DNA of 52,588 bases from Actinomycetota bacterium (GCA_046712825.1 JBKKCR010000195.1:1-52588); one strand, 5' to 3'. Shown: positions 27,713 through 36,904, numbered from the stretch's first letter. Made by a program: numbers and translations. Notes: generated by a model not told the origin, from the sequence alone.

Positions 27713-29227
27713 ATGGGCGCGGTGCGGCGATCGGTCCTTGCTTTGGCGTTGGCCGGCCTGATCGTCGGGTTGTTCGCGCCCGCGGCTTCCGCGGTCGAGC
27801 CGTGCCTCGGCGTCGACGCCAACGGCGACGGTGAGATCGACGTTCCCCCGAGCGACCCCGATTGCGTCGTCGTTCCATTCGCGGTCGAGCCTGAGAAGAA
27901 CAACATCGTCGATCTCGACTTCATCAACACCCACGCGGCCGTGCTCTGGACGCCTTCCTTCGATCCCGCCCTGGTTATCGACGAGCCGCTCTGCTTCGGA
28001 GACGCGGACAACCCGAATAATCGTGCGTGCTCTCCGGTCACGCATCGGGGGAAGTTCCGGGACGTCAACGGCGACGGCCACCTAGACAAGATTTGGAAAT
28101 GGGCGGCCTCGAAGACCGGCATCCAAAGCGGTGACACCAGCGCGTGCATCTATGGGACGACCACCGACGGCAGGAAGATCGAAGCCTGCGACTCCATGAC
28201 GACCGTTGGAGGACCCGGATCGACCTTCTCGGTCAACGATGTCTCGGTCGTCGAGGGGAGCGCGGGCACGACCGACGCGACCTTTACGGTCTCCCTTTCA
28301 CCGGCGAGAACCAGTCCGGTTTCCATCAATTACGCGACCGTGAACGGGACGGCCGTCGCTCCGGAAGACTTCGCTGCGGCCTCGGGTCAGCTCGTGTTCG
28401 CGGCCGGCGAGACGTCGAAGATGGTCACCGTTGCGGTCAACGGCGATACGACGCCGGAATACGATGAGACCTTCACCCTGCAGCTGTCCGCCCCATCATC
28501 CGGCGCCACGATCGGCGACGGGGTGGGCCTCGGATCGATCGTGTCGGACGAGGTCCCGTTCACCGCCTCGATAGGTAATGCGACCGTGTCCGAGGGGAAC
28601 AGCGGGACGACCACTGCAACGTTCACGGTGTCTATCGCGCCGCCGCCCTCACAACCGGCATCCGTTTCCTGGGCCACGACCAACGGCACAGCCGTTGCGC
28701 CCGATGACTATCAGGCGGCCAACGGCATCCTGAGCTTCGCTCAGGGCGAGACCTCCAAGACGATCGACGTCGTGGTCTCAGGGGATACCGCACCAGAGCC
28801 GTCGGAGGTCTTCTACGTCGATATTTCGTCGACCGATGTGGCGATCGGAGACGGTCGAGGAGATGGGACGATAGCCAACGACGACACGCTGCCGTCGATC
28901 ACGATCTCCGACGTCGCTTTGAGCGAGGGGAACAGCGGATCGGCCGTCTGGAGCTTCGTCGTCTCGCTTTCGAGCCCAAGCGCAGGCACCGTCACGGTCT
29001 CCTACGCGACCGCGAACTCCAAGGCCCAGGCGGGAAGCGACTACATCGCGACCGGCGGCACGCTCTCGTTCGCTCCGGGCGAAACCTCCAAGACGATCTC
29101 CGTCCCGGTGTTCGGGGACACGCTGTCCGAGCGAGATGAGAACTTCTTCGTCAACCTCGCCAACGCGACCGGAGCGACCATCGCGGATGCGCAAGGCCGG
29201 GGCCTTATCTTGAACGACGACGTCTAG
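27713..29227 (+). CDS. Secreted protein with Cys/DxNxDG-rich N-terminal domain and three Calx-beta repeats
   Basis: Signal peptide; repeats of the type S..D..V.EG...F.VSL...V.YAT..GTA....DY......L.F..GETSK.......D...E..E.F. Confidence 0.88.
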   Translation: MGAVRRSVLALALAGLIVGLFAPAASAVEPCLGVDANGDGEIDVPPSDPDCVVVPFAVEPEKNNIVDLDFINTHAAVLWTPSFDPALVIDEPLCFGDADNPNNRACSPVTHRGKFRDVNGDGHLDKIWKWAASKTGIQSGDTSACIYGTTTDGRKIEACDSMTTVGGPGSTFSVNDVSVVEGSAGTTDATFTVSLSPARTSPVSINYATVNGTAVAPEDFAAASGQLVFAAGETSKMVTVAVNGDTTPEYDETFTLQLSAPSSGATIGDGVGLGSIVSDEVPFTASIGNATVSEGNSGTTTATFTVSIAPPPSQPASVSWATTNGTAVAPDDYQAANGILSFAQGETSKTIDVVVSGDTAPEPSEVFYVDISSTDVAIGDGRGDGTIANDDTLPSITISDVALSEGNSGSAVWSFVVSLSSPSAGTVTVSYATANSKAQAGSDYIATGGTLSFAPGETSKTISVPVFGDTLSERDENFFVNLANATGATIADAQGRGLILNDDV

Positions 29228-29277
29228 ACGCAAGAGCTCGGGGGGATGGGGAAATCAAGCGGTCCGTAAGTGCGCTG

Positions 29278-31941
29278 GTGTCTGGTGTCTTCGTCGCGTC
29301 GCTGATCGCCTTCATCGTCCCCCCACCCGCCGCCGCCGCCGGCCCGCCATCGCCGCCCGCGAAGCCGAACATCGTCATGGTCATGAGCGACGACCAGACC
29401 ATGGACACGCTGCGCTCGATGCCCTTCCTCACCAGCAAGCCCGGGGGACATTGGATCGAATTCACGAATGCGTTCGACAACACGCCGCTGTGCTGCCCGA
29501 CCCGAGCCACGATCCTGACCGGCCTGTACCCGCACCACCACGGGGTTCAGGGGAACTCGGGGGGCAACTTCAACGACGACTCGACACTAGCGACCTGGCT
29601 CCAATCCGCGGGCTATCGCACCGGGCTCTCCGGGAAGTACCTGAACGACTATCCGTTCGGAGCGCCGTTCATCCCGCCCGGCTGGAACGACTGGTTCGCC
29701 AACCTCGGTACCGGCTCGTACTACAACTACCAGATGTACGACAACGGGATCACGCGGTCGTACGGAAGCGCCGCCGCGGATTACCACACAGATGTTGTCG
29801 CAGCGCGAGCCGACTCGTTCATCCGATCTTCGTCGGGTCAACCGTTCTTCTTGCTCACGACGCCGATCGCCCCGCACGCGCCGAGCATCGCGCCTCCGCG
29901 ATATGTCAATGCTCCCGTCACCATCACCCGCGCTCCCAGCTTCAACGAGGCCGATGTCTCGGACAAGCCTGCGTGGGTGCAGTCCCGACCGGTGATGACC
30001 AAAGCCCAAACGACGACAATGGACAAGGATCGCACGAAAGCTCATCGAGCCACGATGGCGCTGGACGATCTGGTCCGAACGATCTACACGGCGTTGTCGG
30101 AAACGGGGAAGCTGGATAACACCGTGCTCGTGTTCCAAACGGACAATGGGTTCCTCTTCGGCGAGCATCGAGTGAACGGCAAGCAGTGCGTGTACGAAGA
30201 ATGCGTCCGGACTCCGCTGTTCGTACGATTCCCGTGGTCGGCAGGCGGCACGGACTCGAGGCTGATCTCGAGCATCGACATGGCGCCGACGTTCGCCGAC
30301 CTCGCCGGGATCCTGCCGCCGGACCCGGTCGACGGGCGGAGCTTCGCTCCGCTGCTCCGCGGAGAGTCGTCGAGCTGGCGACCGAGTCTCCTGCTCGAGT
30401 ACGCGGCCACCACCAATCCGCCGCCCTTCTACGCGGTCCGCAACGATGCCTGGAAGTACGTCGAGCTCTCAACGGGGGAGAAAGAACTGTACGACGAGAT
30501 CAATGACCCCTACGAGCTGCAGAACGTCGCGAACCAGCCGGCATACGCCGAGCTCCAGTCGGCCCTCGCCGGCGAGCTTTTCGCCTTACGCACGGCTCCG
30601 CCTCATATGGTCTTGCCTTCCCTCTCGGTCGACGACGTGTCCGTAGCGGAGAGCGGCGACGCGACGTTCACAATCACGCTCTCGCCGCCATCGGGCGGCC
30701 CGGTGACCGTCGCCTACGCGACCGAGGACGGCACGGCGACGAATCCCGAAGACTACGCAGCGATGTCGGGTGTTCTGCAGTTCGCGGCTGGCGAGACTTC
30801 CAAGTCGGTCACCGTGCCGGTGGTCGACGACCCCGAGCTCGAGAGCGACGAAACCTTCGCGCTCCTCCTGTCGAGCCCCGTCGCTTCGGAGATCCGCGAC
30901 GGCACAGGGCTCGCCACGATCGCAGACGACGACGCACCTCCGGCGCTGGCGATCGGCGACGTCACGGTGGTGGAAGGCGACGCGGGCGCGACGGAGGCTC
31001 TCTTCACCGTGACGGTGTCGCCGCCGAGCGGTCAAGCGGTGACCGCGTCATTCGCCACTGCCGATGGGACCGCGATCGCGCCCGAGGACTATCAGGCCGC
31101 GTCCGGAGTGGTCGCGTTCGACCCCGGTGAGACGTCGAAGACCATTTCTGTGCTCGTGAATGGCGACGAGATCGTCGAAGACGAAGAGACGTTCACGGTC
31201 GAGCTCTCGGTTGTCGTCGGCGCGGTCCTAGCGGATGCGACCGGAAAGGCCTCGATCCTAGCCGACGATGTGCCGCTTTTGGCTTCGATCGGAGACGCAA
31301 CCGTCACCGAGGGCAACTCCGGGACGAGCAGCGCGACGTTCGCGGTAACGATCGCACCGGCGCCATCTCAGCCCGTCGCCGTCTCTTGGTCGACGACGAG
31401 CGGAACTGCCGTTGCGCCACAGGACTACATCGCTTCCTCGGGGACGCTCACGTTCGCGCAGGGCGAGTCGTCGAAATCGATCACGGTCCAAGTGGTCGGC
31501 GACAGCTTCTACGAGTCGCAGGAGGCCTTCTCCGTCGATCTCACGTCCGCCGACGTCTCGTTCACCGATGCGCAGGGCGCGGGGACGATCACCAACGACG
31601 ACGTGCCACCGGCGATCTCGATCGGCGACGTCACCGTCAACGAGGGGACCGGGGCCTCGACCATCGCAACCTTCGTCGTGACGCTGTCGGCGCCGAGTGG
31701 GGTCGCTGCGTCGTTCTCGTACGCGACGGTGAACGGCACGGCCAAGTCGCCGGGGGACTACGAGTTTGCGAGTGGCAGCATGACGTTCGCACCCGGCGAG
31801 ACGACCAAAACCATCCAGGTGACGATCGTGGGCGATACGACGCTCGAGCGCGCCGAGAACTTCTTCGTCAATCTCACGAACGCGTTGGACGTGACGTTCG
31901 CCGATGCCAGCGGAAAGTGCACGATCGTAAGCGACGAGTGA
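29278..31941 (+). CDS. Secreted Cys-type (formylglycine) sulfatase with four Calx-beta repeats
   Basis: KPNIV....DD, CCPTRATILTG (CxPxR), GKYLN, DNG...GEH...K...YEE; true start probably upstream near 29246-29254. Confidence 0.9.
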   Translation: MSGVFVASLIAFIVPPPAAAAGPPSPPAKPNIVMVMSDDQTMDTLRSMPFLTSKPGGHWIEFTNAFDNTPLCCPTRATILTGLYPHHHGVQGNSGGNFNDDSTLATWLQSAGYRTGLSGKYLNDYPFGAPFIPPGWNDWFANLGTGSYYNYQMYDNGITRSYGSAAADYHTDVVAARADSFIRSSSGQPFFLLTTPIAPHAPSIAPPRYVNAPVTITRAPSFNEADVSDKPAWVQSRPVMTKAQTTTMDKDRTKAHRATMALDDLVRTIYTALSETGKLDNTVLVFQTDNGFLFGEHRVNGKQCVYEECVRTPLFVRFPWSAGGTDSRLISSIDMAPTFADLAGILPPDPVDGRSFAPLLRGESSSWRPSLLLEYAATTNPPPFYAVRNDAWKYVELSTGEKELYDEINDPYELQNVANQPAYAELQSALAGELFALRTAPPHMVLPSLSVDDVSVAESGDATFTITLSPPSGGPVTVAYATEDGTATNPEDYAAMSGVLQFAAGETSKSVTVPVVDDPELESDETFALLLSSPVASEIRDGTGLATIADDDAPPALAIGDVTVVEGDAGATEALFTVTVSPPSGQAVTASFATADGTAIAPEDYQAASGVVAFDPGETSKTISVLVNGDEIVEDEETFTVELSVVVGAVLADATGKASILADDVPLLASIGDATVTEGNSGTSSATFAVTIAPAPSQPVAVSWSTTSGTAVAPQDYIASSGTLTFAQGESSKSITVQVVGDSFYESQEAFSVDLTSADVSFTDAQGAGTITNDDVPPAISIGDVTVNEGTGASTIATFVVTLSAPSGVAASFSYATVNGTAKSPGDYEFASGSMTFAPGETTKTIQVTIVGDTTLERAENFFVNLTNALDVTFADASGKCTIVSDE

Positions 31942-32001
31942 TCAGTAGTCAGCGGCGGATCAATACACAGCGTCGCGCCGGCGCGCCTTTGTGTGCTTCG
32001 G

Positions 32002-33516
32002 TCACAGCCCGGCGATCTGGTACCAGAACTTCTGTTCCTTGCGGGGGGTCTGGTCCACGTGGATGTACTTCGTCTGCTGGTATTCGCGGATGCCCCACAC
32101 CCCGAGCTCGCGTCCTACGCCCGACTGCTTGTAGCCGCCGAACGGCGCGTACGCCGACAGCAGGTGGTAGTCGTTGACCCAGACCGTCCCGGTGCGGATC
32201 CGCTTCGCGACCCCGATGGCTCGCGGGATATCGCGTGACCACACCCCTCCGCCGAGGCCGTAGATCGAGTCGTTCGCCATCTGGATGGCTTCCTCGACCG
32301 AGTCGTACTTGATGACCGACAGTACCGGCCCGAAGATCTCTTCCTGCGCGATCCGCATCGAGTTGCTCACGTCGGCGAAGATCGTCGGCTTGTAGTAGTA
32401 GCCGCCCTCATGGCCGGCGACCTCGGCCCGCTCGCCGCCCGTCACGAGCTTGGCGCCTTCCTGGATCCCGAGCTGGACGTAGCGATCCACCGTCTCGAAC
32501 TGCGAGCGATGCACAAGCGGACCGATGTCGGTCTCGAAGTCGGTAGCCGGTCCGACTTTCAAGCTTTCGGACAGCTCGACCATACGTGCGATGACCTCGT
32601 CGTAGAGCGACGCCGGCACGAAGGCCCGGGTGCCCGAGTGACAGATCTGTCCCGAGTGCAAGAACGTCGCGAACAGCGAGCCGGGGATCGCGGCATCCAG
32701 ATCGGCGTCGTCGAGCAGGATGTTCGCCGACTTGCCGCCAAGCTCGAGGGTGACCTTCTTCACGGTTCCCGACGCGAGCTGCATGATGCGCCGCCCGACC
32801 TCGGTCGAGCCGGTGAACGCAACTTTGTCGACGAGCGAGTTCGACGCCATCTCCTCGCCGGCGGAACCGCCGGCGCCGGGCACCACGTTGAACACGCCCG
32901 GGGGGAACAGGTCCGACTCCTGGACGATCTTGCCGAACTCGGTCGTGGACATCGGCGTGTACGTGGCCGGCTTCACGATCATCGTGTTGCCGGTCGCGAG
33001 CGCCGGTGCGGCCTTCCACATCATGAGGATGAACGGGAAGTTCCACGGCGTGATCGCGGAGCACACGCCGTAGGGCTCACGTCGCACGAGTCCCCACGAC
33101 AGCGCCGGCATCTCAGAGAAGTCCGGGTGCTCCCACTCGCCGATCTTGTTCGCGAGGTCGGCCATGACCCGCCAGTGTTCGACGCCGAGCGCGATCGAGA
33201 ACAGGTTGGCCATCCGGATCGTGTGCCCGGCGTCCATCGCCTCGATCTCGCACAGCTCGGTCAGCCGTTGCTGCAAAATCTCCCACAGCTTCTGCATCCG
33301 CTGGGTGCGCTCCGCCTGGGGCATGTCCGACCAGACGCCGGAGTCGAAGGCCGCTCGCGCGGCCTCGATCGCCTTACGCACGTCTTCCTTGCCGCCTTTG
33401 GCGATGCGGCCGACGACCTCCCCCGTGGACGGATCGGTCGTTTCGAACGTCTCGCCCGATGCGGCGTCGACGAACTCGCCGTTGATGAGGAGCTTGTACT
33501 CGCGGACGTCACTCAT
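32002..33516 (-). CDS. NAD(P)-dependent aldehyde dehydrogenase
   Basis: PWNFP, FTGSTEVG, LELGGKS, GQIC, EEIFGPV, PFGGYKQSG. Confidence 0.95.
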   Translation of the reverse strand: MSDVREYKLLINGEFVDAASGETFETTDPSTGEVVGRIAKGGKEDVRKAIEAARAAFDSGVWSDMPQAERTQRMQKLWEILQQRLTELCEIEAMDAGHTIRMANLFSIALGVEHWRVMADLANKIGEWEHPDFSEMPALSWGLVRREPYGVCSAITPWNFPFILMMWKAAPALATGNTMIVKPATYTPMSTTEFGKIVQESDLFPPGVFNVVPGAGGSAGEEMASNSLVDKVAFTGSTEVGRRIMQLASGTVKKVTLELGGKSANILLDDADLDAAIPGSLFATFLHSGQICHSGTRAFVPASLYDEVIARMVELSESLKVGPATDFETDIGPLVHRSQFETVDRYVQLGIQEGAKLVTGGERAEVAGHEGGYYYKPTIFADVSNSMRIAQEEIFGPVLSVIKYDSVEEAIQMANDSIYGLGGGVWSRDIPRAIGVAKRIRTGTVWVNDYHLLSAYAPFGGYKQSGVGRELGVWGIREYQQTKYIHVDQTPRKEQKFWYQIAGL

Positions 33517-33574
33517 GCTCGTGGCCCTCCTCCTGCTCCTTGGGGGCCCGACCGGGTCCCTCGACAGAGCGCTT

Positions 33575-33736
33575 TCAACAGCCGGGTTCGTCGATGTTGT
33601 CGCAGCAGTCCTTGAACCGGCGCACCTTCCGCCACTCGTTCTTGGCCGTGAGGGCTACCTTCTTGTGAACGGGGCCCTTGTAATGACGCCAGTTGTGGAA
33701 GGCGTGGCGGATGCTCGGCCGGTATTCGTCGCTCAC
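33575..33736 (-). CDS. Unannotated 53-aa basic microprotein ending CCDNIDEPGC
   Basis: GTG...TGA with GC3-rich codons: MSDEYRPSIRHAFHNWRHYKGPVHKKVALTAKNEWRKVRRFKDCCDNIDEPGC; TACGAT 6 nt before the start. Confidence 0.7.
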   Translation of the reverse strand: MSDEYRPSIRHAFHNWRHYKGPVHKKVALTAKNEWRKVRRFKDCCDNIDEPGC

Positions 33737-33783
33737 GATCGAATCGTAAACCCCGGCGTCTGAGGGAGTAAACCGAGCGCGGG

Positions 33784-33851
33784 AAAAGGAGGAGGCGCTC
33801 GCATCAAGTGCTTGGAGGCAGTGGCGAACTCCTCAAGCCGGCGAGCGCCTC
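33784..33851 (-). ncRNA. Candidate small structured RNA (~68 nt)
   Basis: 11-bp closing stem GAGGCGCUCGC/GCGAGCGCCUC, inner hairpin, CUCCUUUU tail, consensus promoter upstream. Confidence 0.45.
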
Positions 33852-33858
33852 ATCCATG

Positions 33859-33887
33859 ACCCTAGGACAGCGAAGAGGTCAGGTCAA
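33859..33887 (-). promoter_or_regulatory. Sigma70-type promoter TTGACC-N17-TAGGGT
   Basis: Near-consensus hexamers with 17-nt spacer. Confidence 0.6.
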
Positions 33888-33940
33888 TACCTCCCGTTCG
33901 GACAGTGTCCTCGACGGTTCCAGGCCTATAGTTCGGGATC

Positions 33941-34573
33941 ATGGTGAGGAAGCTCGCTATGTCCGCGATCGCCGCTCTGGTCTTCGCCGGAAGCCTCCTG
34001 CCCGCAGGTGCCGCGACGAAAACGGTCGAGATCCCTGCCCGTCGATTCGAGCCGCAACGTGTCACCATCTTCGTCGGCGACACCGTCCGCTGGATCAACC
34101 GTGACGACATAGAGCACACGGTCACCGCCAACAGCTCGGCGGTCGCGCTCGGCGAGTCCTTCAACTCGAGCAACAACTGTCCGGGGGGCTTGCTGTTCGA
34201 TGACTGCCTGGATCCCAACGAATCGTTCTCGCATCGATTCACGCACGCGGGGACCTTCACCTACCGTTGCAAGCTCCACGGCTCGGACACGGCGTTCGCG
34301 AACTGCGCGATGTGCGGCCAGGTTATCGTCAAGGGCAAGTCGAGCCCACCGGCGTCCCAGACCCCCACGGCGAAGCCCTCCGTATCGGTGAGCCCGACGG
34401 TGAGCGTCTCACCTACCCTGACGACGAGTACCAGTCCGAGCGGAGTTCTGACCTCGCCGGTTCCGGGCTCGGCCGAGGACCAGCCGTTCCCAACGATCGC
34501 CGTCGCCGGCCTCGCTCTCGCCCTGCTCGGCACGTCGGGCTTCTTCGTGTGGCGGACGCTGATCCGTCGCTGA
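33941..34573 (+). CDS. Secreted cupredoxin (plastocyanin/azurin-like) with C-terminal membrane anchor
   Basis: GDTVRW.N....HTVT, Y.CKLH....M; Pro/Ser/Thr linker and TM. Confidence 0.85.
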   Translation: MVRKLAMSAIAALVFAGSLLPAGAATKTVEIPARRFEPQRVTIFVGDTVRWINRDDIEHTVTANSSAVALGESFNSSNNCPGGLLFDDCLDPNESFSHRFTHAGTFTYRCKLHGSDTAFANCAMCGQVIVKGKSSPPASQTPTAKPSVSVSPTVSVSPTLTTSTSPSGVLTSPVPGSAEDQPFPTIAVAGLALALLGTSGFFVWRTLIRR

Positions 34574-34620
34574 CGCCCGGCTTCGCGACTCGGTCGCAGC
34601 ACCCCTATCATTCCGGCGTC

Positions 34621-35031
34621 ATGAAGAAACGTCGGTACGTGGTGGCCTCGGTCGTTGCCGTTGCGGGCTTCGCGGCCCTGTTCGCGGTTATGCCCTCGCA
34701 GGGCGCAGGGGTCGAGGTTCTGATGCGGGGGAACCAGTACCGGCCGGCGACGATCCGGATCCCGGTCGGCGGCGCCATCACCTTGACGAACGAGGATGAG
34801 GTGACCCACACGGCGACCTGTCAGGGGCAAGGGTGCCCGAGGGATTCCGGAGATATCCAGCCCGGCACCTTCAAGACGCTCACTTTCGCGAACGCCGGGA
34901 CCGTGCACATGGTCTGCCGCTATCACGGCGAGCTCGGGATGGTTGCTACCGTGATCGTCGGTCGGGCCGGGCCCGCCGCCACGCCAACCGGGACGCCGAC
35001 GTCATCGCCCTCGCCCACCCCGCCCTCATAA
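34621..35031 (+). CDS. Secreted cupredoxin
   Basis: Signal peptide MKKRR..., N.D...HT.T, CRYH...GM; TATCAT upstream. Confidence 0.85.
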   Translation: MKKRRYVVASVVAVAGFAALFAVMPSQGAGVEVLMRGNQYRPATIRIPVGGAITLTNEDEVTHTATCQGQGCPRDSGDIQPGTFKTLTFANAGTVHMVCRYHGELGMVATVIVGRAGPAATPTGTPTSSPSPTPPS

Positions 35032-35226
35032 CTGTCACACCATCCCAGTACGGTTGCCTCGATGGACCCAACCCTTGCGATCGAGGGTGTCGCGACGACG
35101 CGACGGCACTCGATCAGCCCGGGCGTCCCGGTGCGCTCGAACCCCCCGTCGGCGGGCGAGGCGGCTGTGACGCTGTGGTACCCTGACTTCGCGGTCGGCC
35201 CCGGTAGGCTGGCCACGACGAAGTCT

Positions 35227-35288
35227 CACCCCTGCTCCTTCCCCGGGCCCACGCCCGGAAGGGGCCGCCGAGACCAGAGGAGGTGAGG
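35227..35288 (+). promoter_or_regulatory. Probable S6:S18 autoregulatory leader of rpsF
   Basis: CCCUGCUC...hairpin...GAGACCA directly before SD GGAGGUG. Confidence 0.55.
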
Positions 35289-35588
35289 ATGGCGGACCGG
35301 CGCCGTTACGAAGTCATGCTGATCGTGGACCCTCGTTTGGAGGATGCCACGATCCAGCAAGCCGTCGATCGCTACCTCGGTGTGGTTCGCGACCGTGGCG
35401 GCGAGGTGGCCACAGTCGATCACTGGGGTCGCCGCAAGCTCGCCTACGAGATGAACCATCTGCACGATGGCTACTACGTCGTCGCGCACATGGACGCCGA
35501 GCCGTCTGCGATCGACGAGCTCGACCGTGTCCTTCGTCTCGCAGACGAACTGGTTCGGCACAAGATCGTTCGCCCGGGCAAAGGGTAA
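35289..35588 (+). CDS. rpsF: 30S ribosomal protein S6
   Basis: RRYEVM.I, WGRRKLAYE, G.Y; strong SD. Confidence 0.96.
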   Translation: MADRRRYEVMLIVDPRLEDATIQQAVDRYLGVVRDRGGEVATVDHWGRRKLAYEMNHLHDGYYVVAHMDAEPSAIDELDRVLRLADELVRHKIVRPGKG

Positions 35589-35622
35589 GCAGGTCCTCTC
35601 CTTCCCCGGGAGGTGGTAGCAG

Positions 35623-36078
35623 ATGGCATCGGACAACCAGGTAACGGTGGTCGGCAATCTCGTCGACGACCCGGAGTTGCGATTCACGCCGCAAGGCGTC
35701 GCGGTCGCAAACTTCCGCGTCGCGGTGAGTCCGCGGATCAAGGATGCGAACGGCCAGTGGAAGGACGGCGACACGTCGTTCTTCCGGGTCAGCTGCTGGC
35801 GGCAGCTCGCCGAGAACGTCGCCGAGACGCTGACGCGCGGCTCGCGCACGATGATCGTCGGGCGGCTCAAGATGCGCCAGTGGGAGACGCAGGAGGGCGA
35901 GAAGCGCTCCGTCGTCGAGATCGAGGCCGACGAGGTCGGTCCGTCGCTCAAGTGGGCGACCGCCAAGGTCGAGCGGACTTCGCGCGGCGGCGGCGGCGGT
36001 GCCGCGGGTGGCGGAGACGAGTGGGGCTCCGCGCAGGCGCCTGCGGCGGCGGCCGCCGAGGAAGAGGTTCCGTTCTAG
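35623..36078 (+). CDS. ssb: Single-stranded DNA-binding protein
   Basis: [20 protein letters not shown], acidic tail EEVPF. Confidence 0.97.
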   Translation: MASDNQVTVVGNLVDDPELRFTPQGVAVANFRVAVSPRIKDANGQWKDGDTSFFRVSCWRQLAENVAETLTRGSRTMIVGRLKMRQWETQEGEKRSVVEIEADEVGPSLKWATAKVERTSRGGGGGAAGGGDEWGSAQAPAAAAAEEEVPF

Positions 36079-36123
36079 AAAACGCAACGGCTCCGGGGGG
36101 AGCCGTGGCGGTCGAGGAGGGTC

Positions 36124-36411
36124 ATGCCACGGGATAGAGACAGGGATAGAGACAGGGATCGCAGAGGTCGCGACCGAGACGCCAAGGGCGGCTGGGGCCG
36201 AAAGCAGCGCGCGAAGGTCTGCCAGTTCTGCCGAGACAAGGTGACGTGGGTCGACTACAAGGACACGCAGCTGCTGCGGAAGTTCATGTCGGACCGCGGC
36301 AAGATCCGCGCGCGCCGCGTCACGGGGACCTGTCAGCAGCACCAGGTCGACGTCGCCACCGCGATCAAGAACGCTCGCGAGATGGCCCTACTCCCATACG
36401 CGTCGCGATGA
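36124..36411 (+). CDS. rpsR: 30S ribosomal protein S18 (Zn-binding form)
   Basis: [33 protein letters not shown]. Confidence 0.97.
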   Translation: MPRDRDRDRDRDRRGRDRDAKGGWGRKQRAKVCQFCRDKVTWVDYKDTQLLRKFMSDRGKIRARRVTGTCQQHQVDVATAIKNAREMALLPYASR

Positions 36412-36854
36412 AGGTCGTCCTGACGCAAGAGGTGCGGGGGCTCGGCAGCCCGGGCGACATCGTCGAAGTGGCCGACGGCTACGCGAGGAACTTCTTGGTC
36501 CCGCGGGGGCTGGCGAACCGCGCGACCAAAGGTGCTCTCAAGCAGGTGGATACCATCCGCCGAACGCGCGAGGTCCGCGAGATCCGCGATCGCGAGAAGG
36601 CCGACGAGCTTGCCGCTCAGCTTGGGGCGCTCAAGGTCCGCGTCTCGGCCAAGGCCGGTGACGGCGGTCGCCTGTTCGGAAAGGTGACGTCCCAGGCCGT
36701 CGCCGAAGCGGTATTGAAAGCCGGCGGACCCAAGATCGATCGCAAGCGCTTGCAGTTCGACGGCCCGATCAAGAGCCTCGGAACCCATCAAGCGTCGCTG
36801 CGGATCCATCCCGAAGTCGAGGCGATCCTCAACGTCGAGGTCGTTAAGGCGTAG
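36408..36854 (+). CDS. rplI: 50S ribosomal protein L9
   Basis: MKVVL...[29 protein letters not shown]. Confidence 0.97.
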   Translation: MKVVLTQEVRGLGSPGDIVEVADGYARNFLVPRGLANRATKGALKQVDTIRRTREVREIRDREKADELAAQLGALKVRVSAKAGDGGRLFGKVTSQAVAEAVLKAGGPKIDRKRLQFDGPIKSLGTHQASLRIHPEVEAILNVEVVKA

Positions 36855-36904
36855 GCGCAATTTCCTCCTCTTGACCGGCTCGTCAGACTCTTAGATACTC
36901 GCGC

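Noticed and set aside
28200-31941. Repeated sequence that could suggest a CRISPR or other DNA repeat array
   Set aside because: The repeats are degenerate protein-level Calx-beta domains inside ORFs, with no fixed repeat-spacer pattern.
33800-33855. Fluoride riboswitch resemblance (GGAGUUCGCC...ACUGCC...UGAUG)
   Set aside because: The GGnGAUG 5' core and the pseudoknot complement are missing, and no fluoride-related gene follows.
35062-35286. 74-aa ORF with a TACGGT hexamer upstream
   Set aside because: No recognisable motif, and it runs through the rpsF promoter and leader; support is insufficient.
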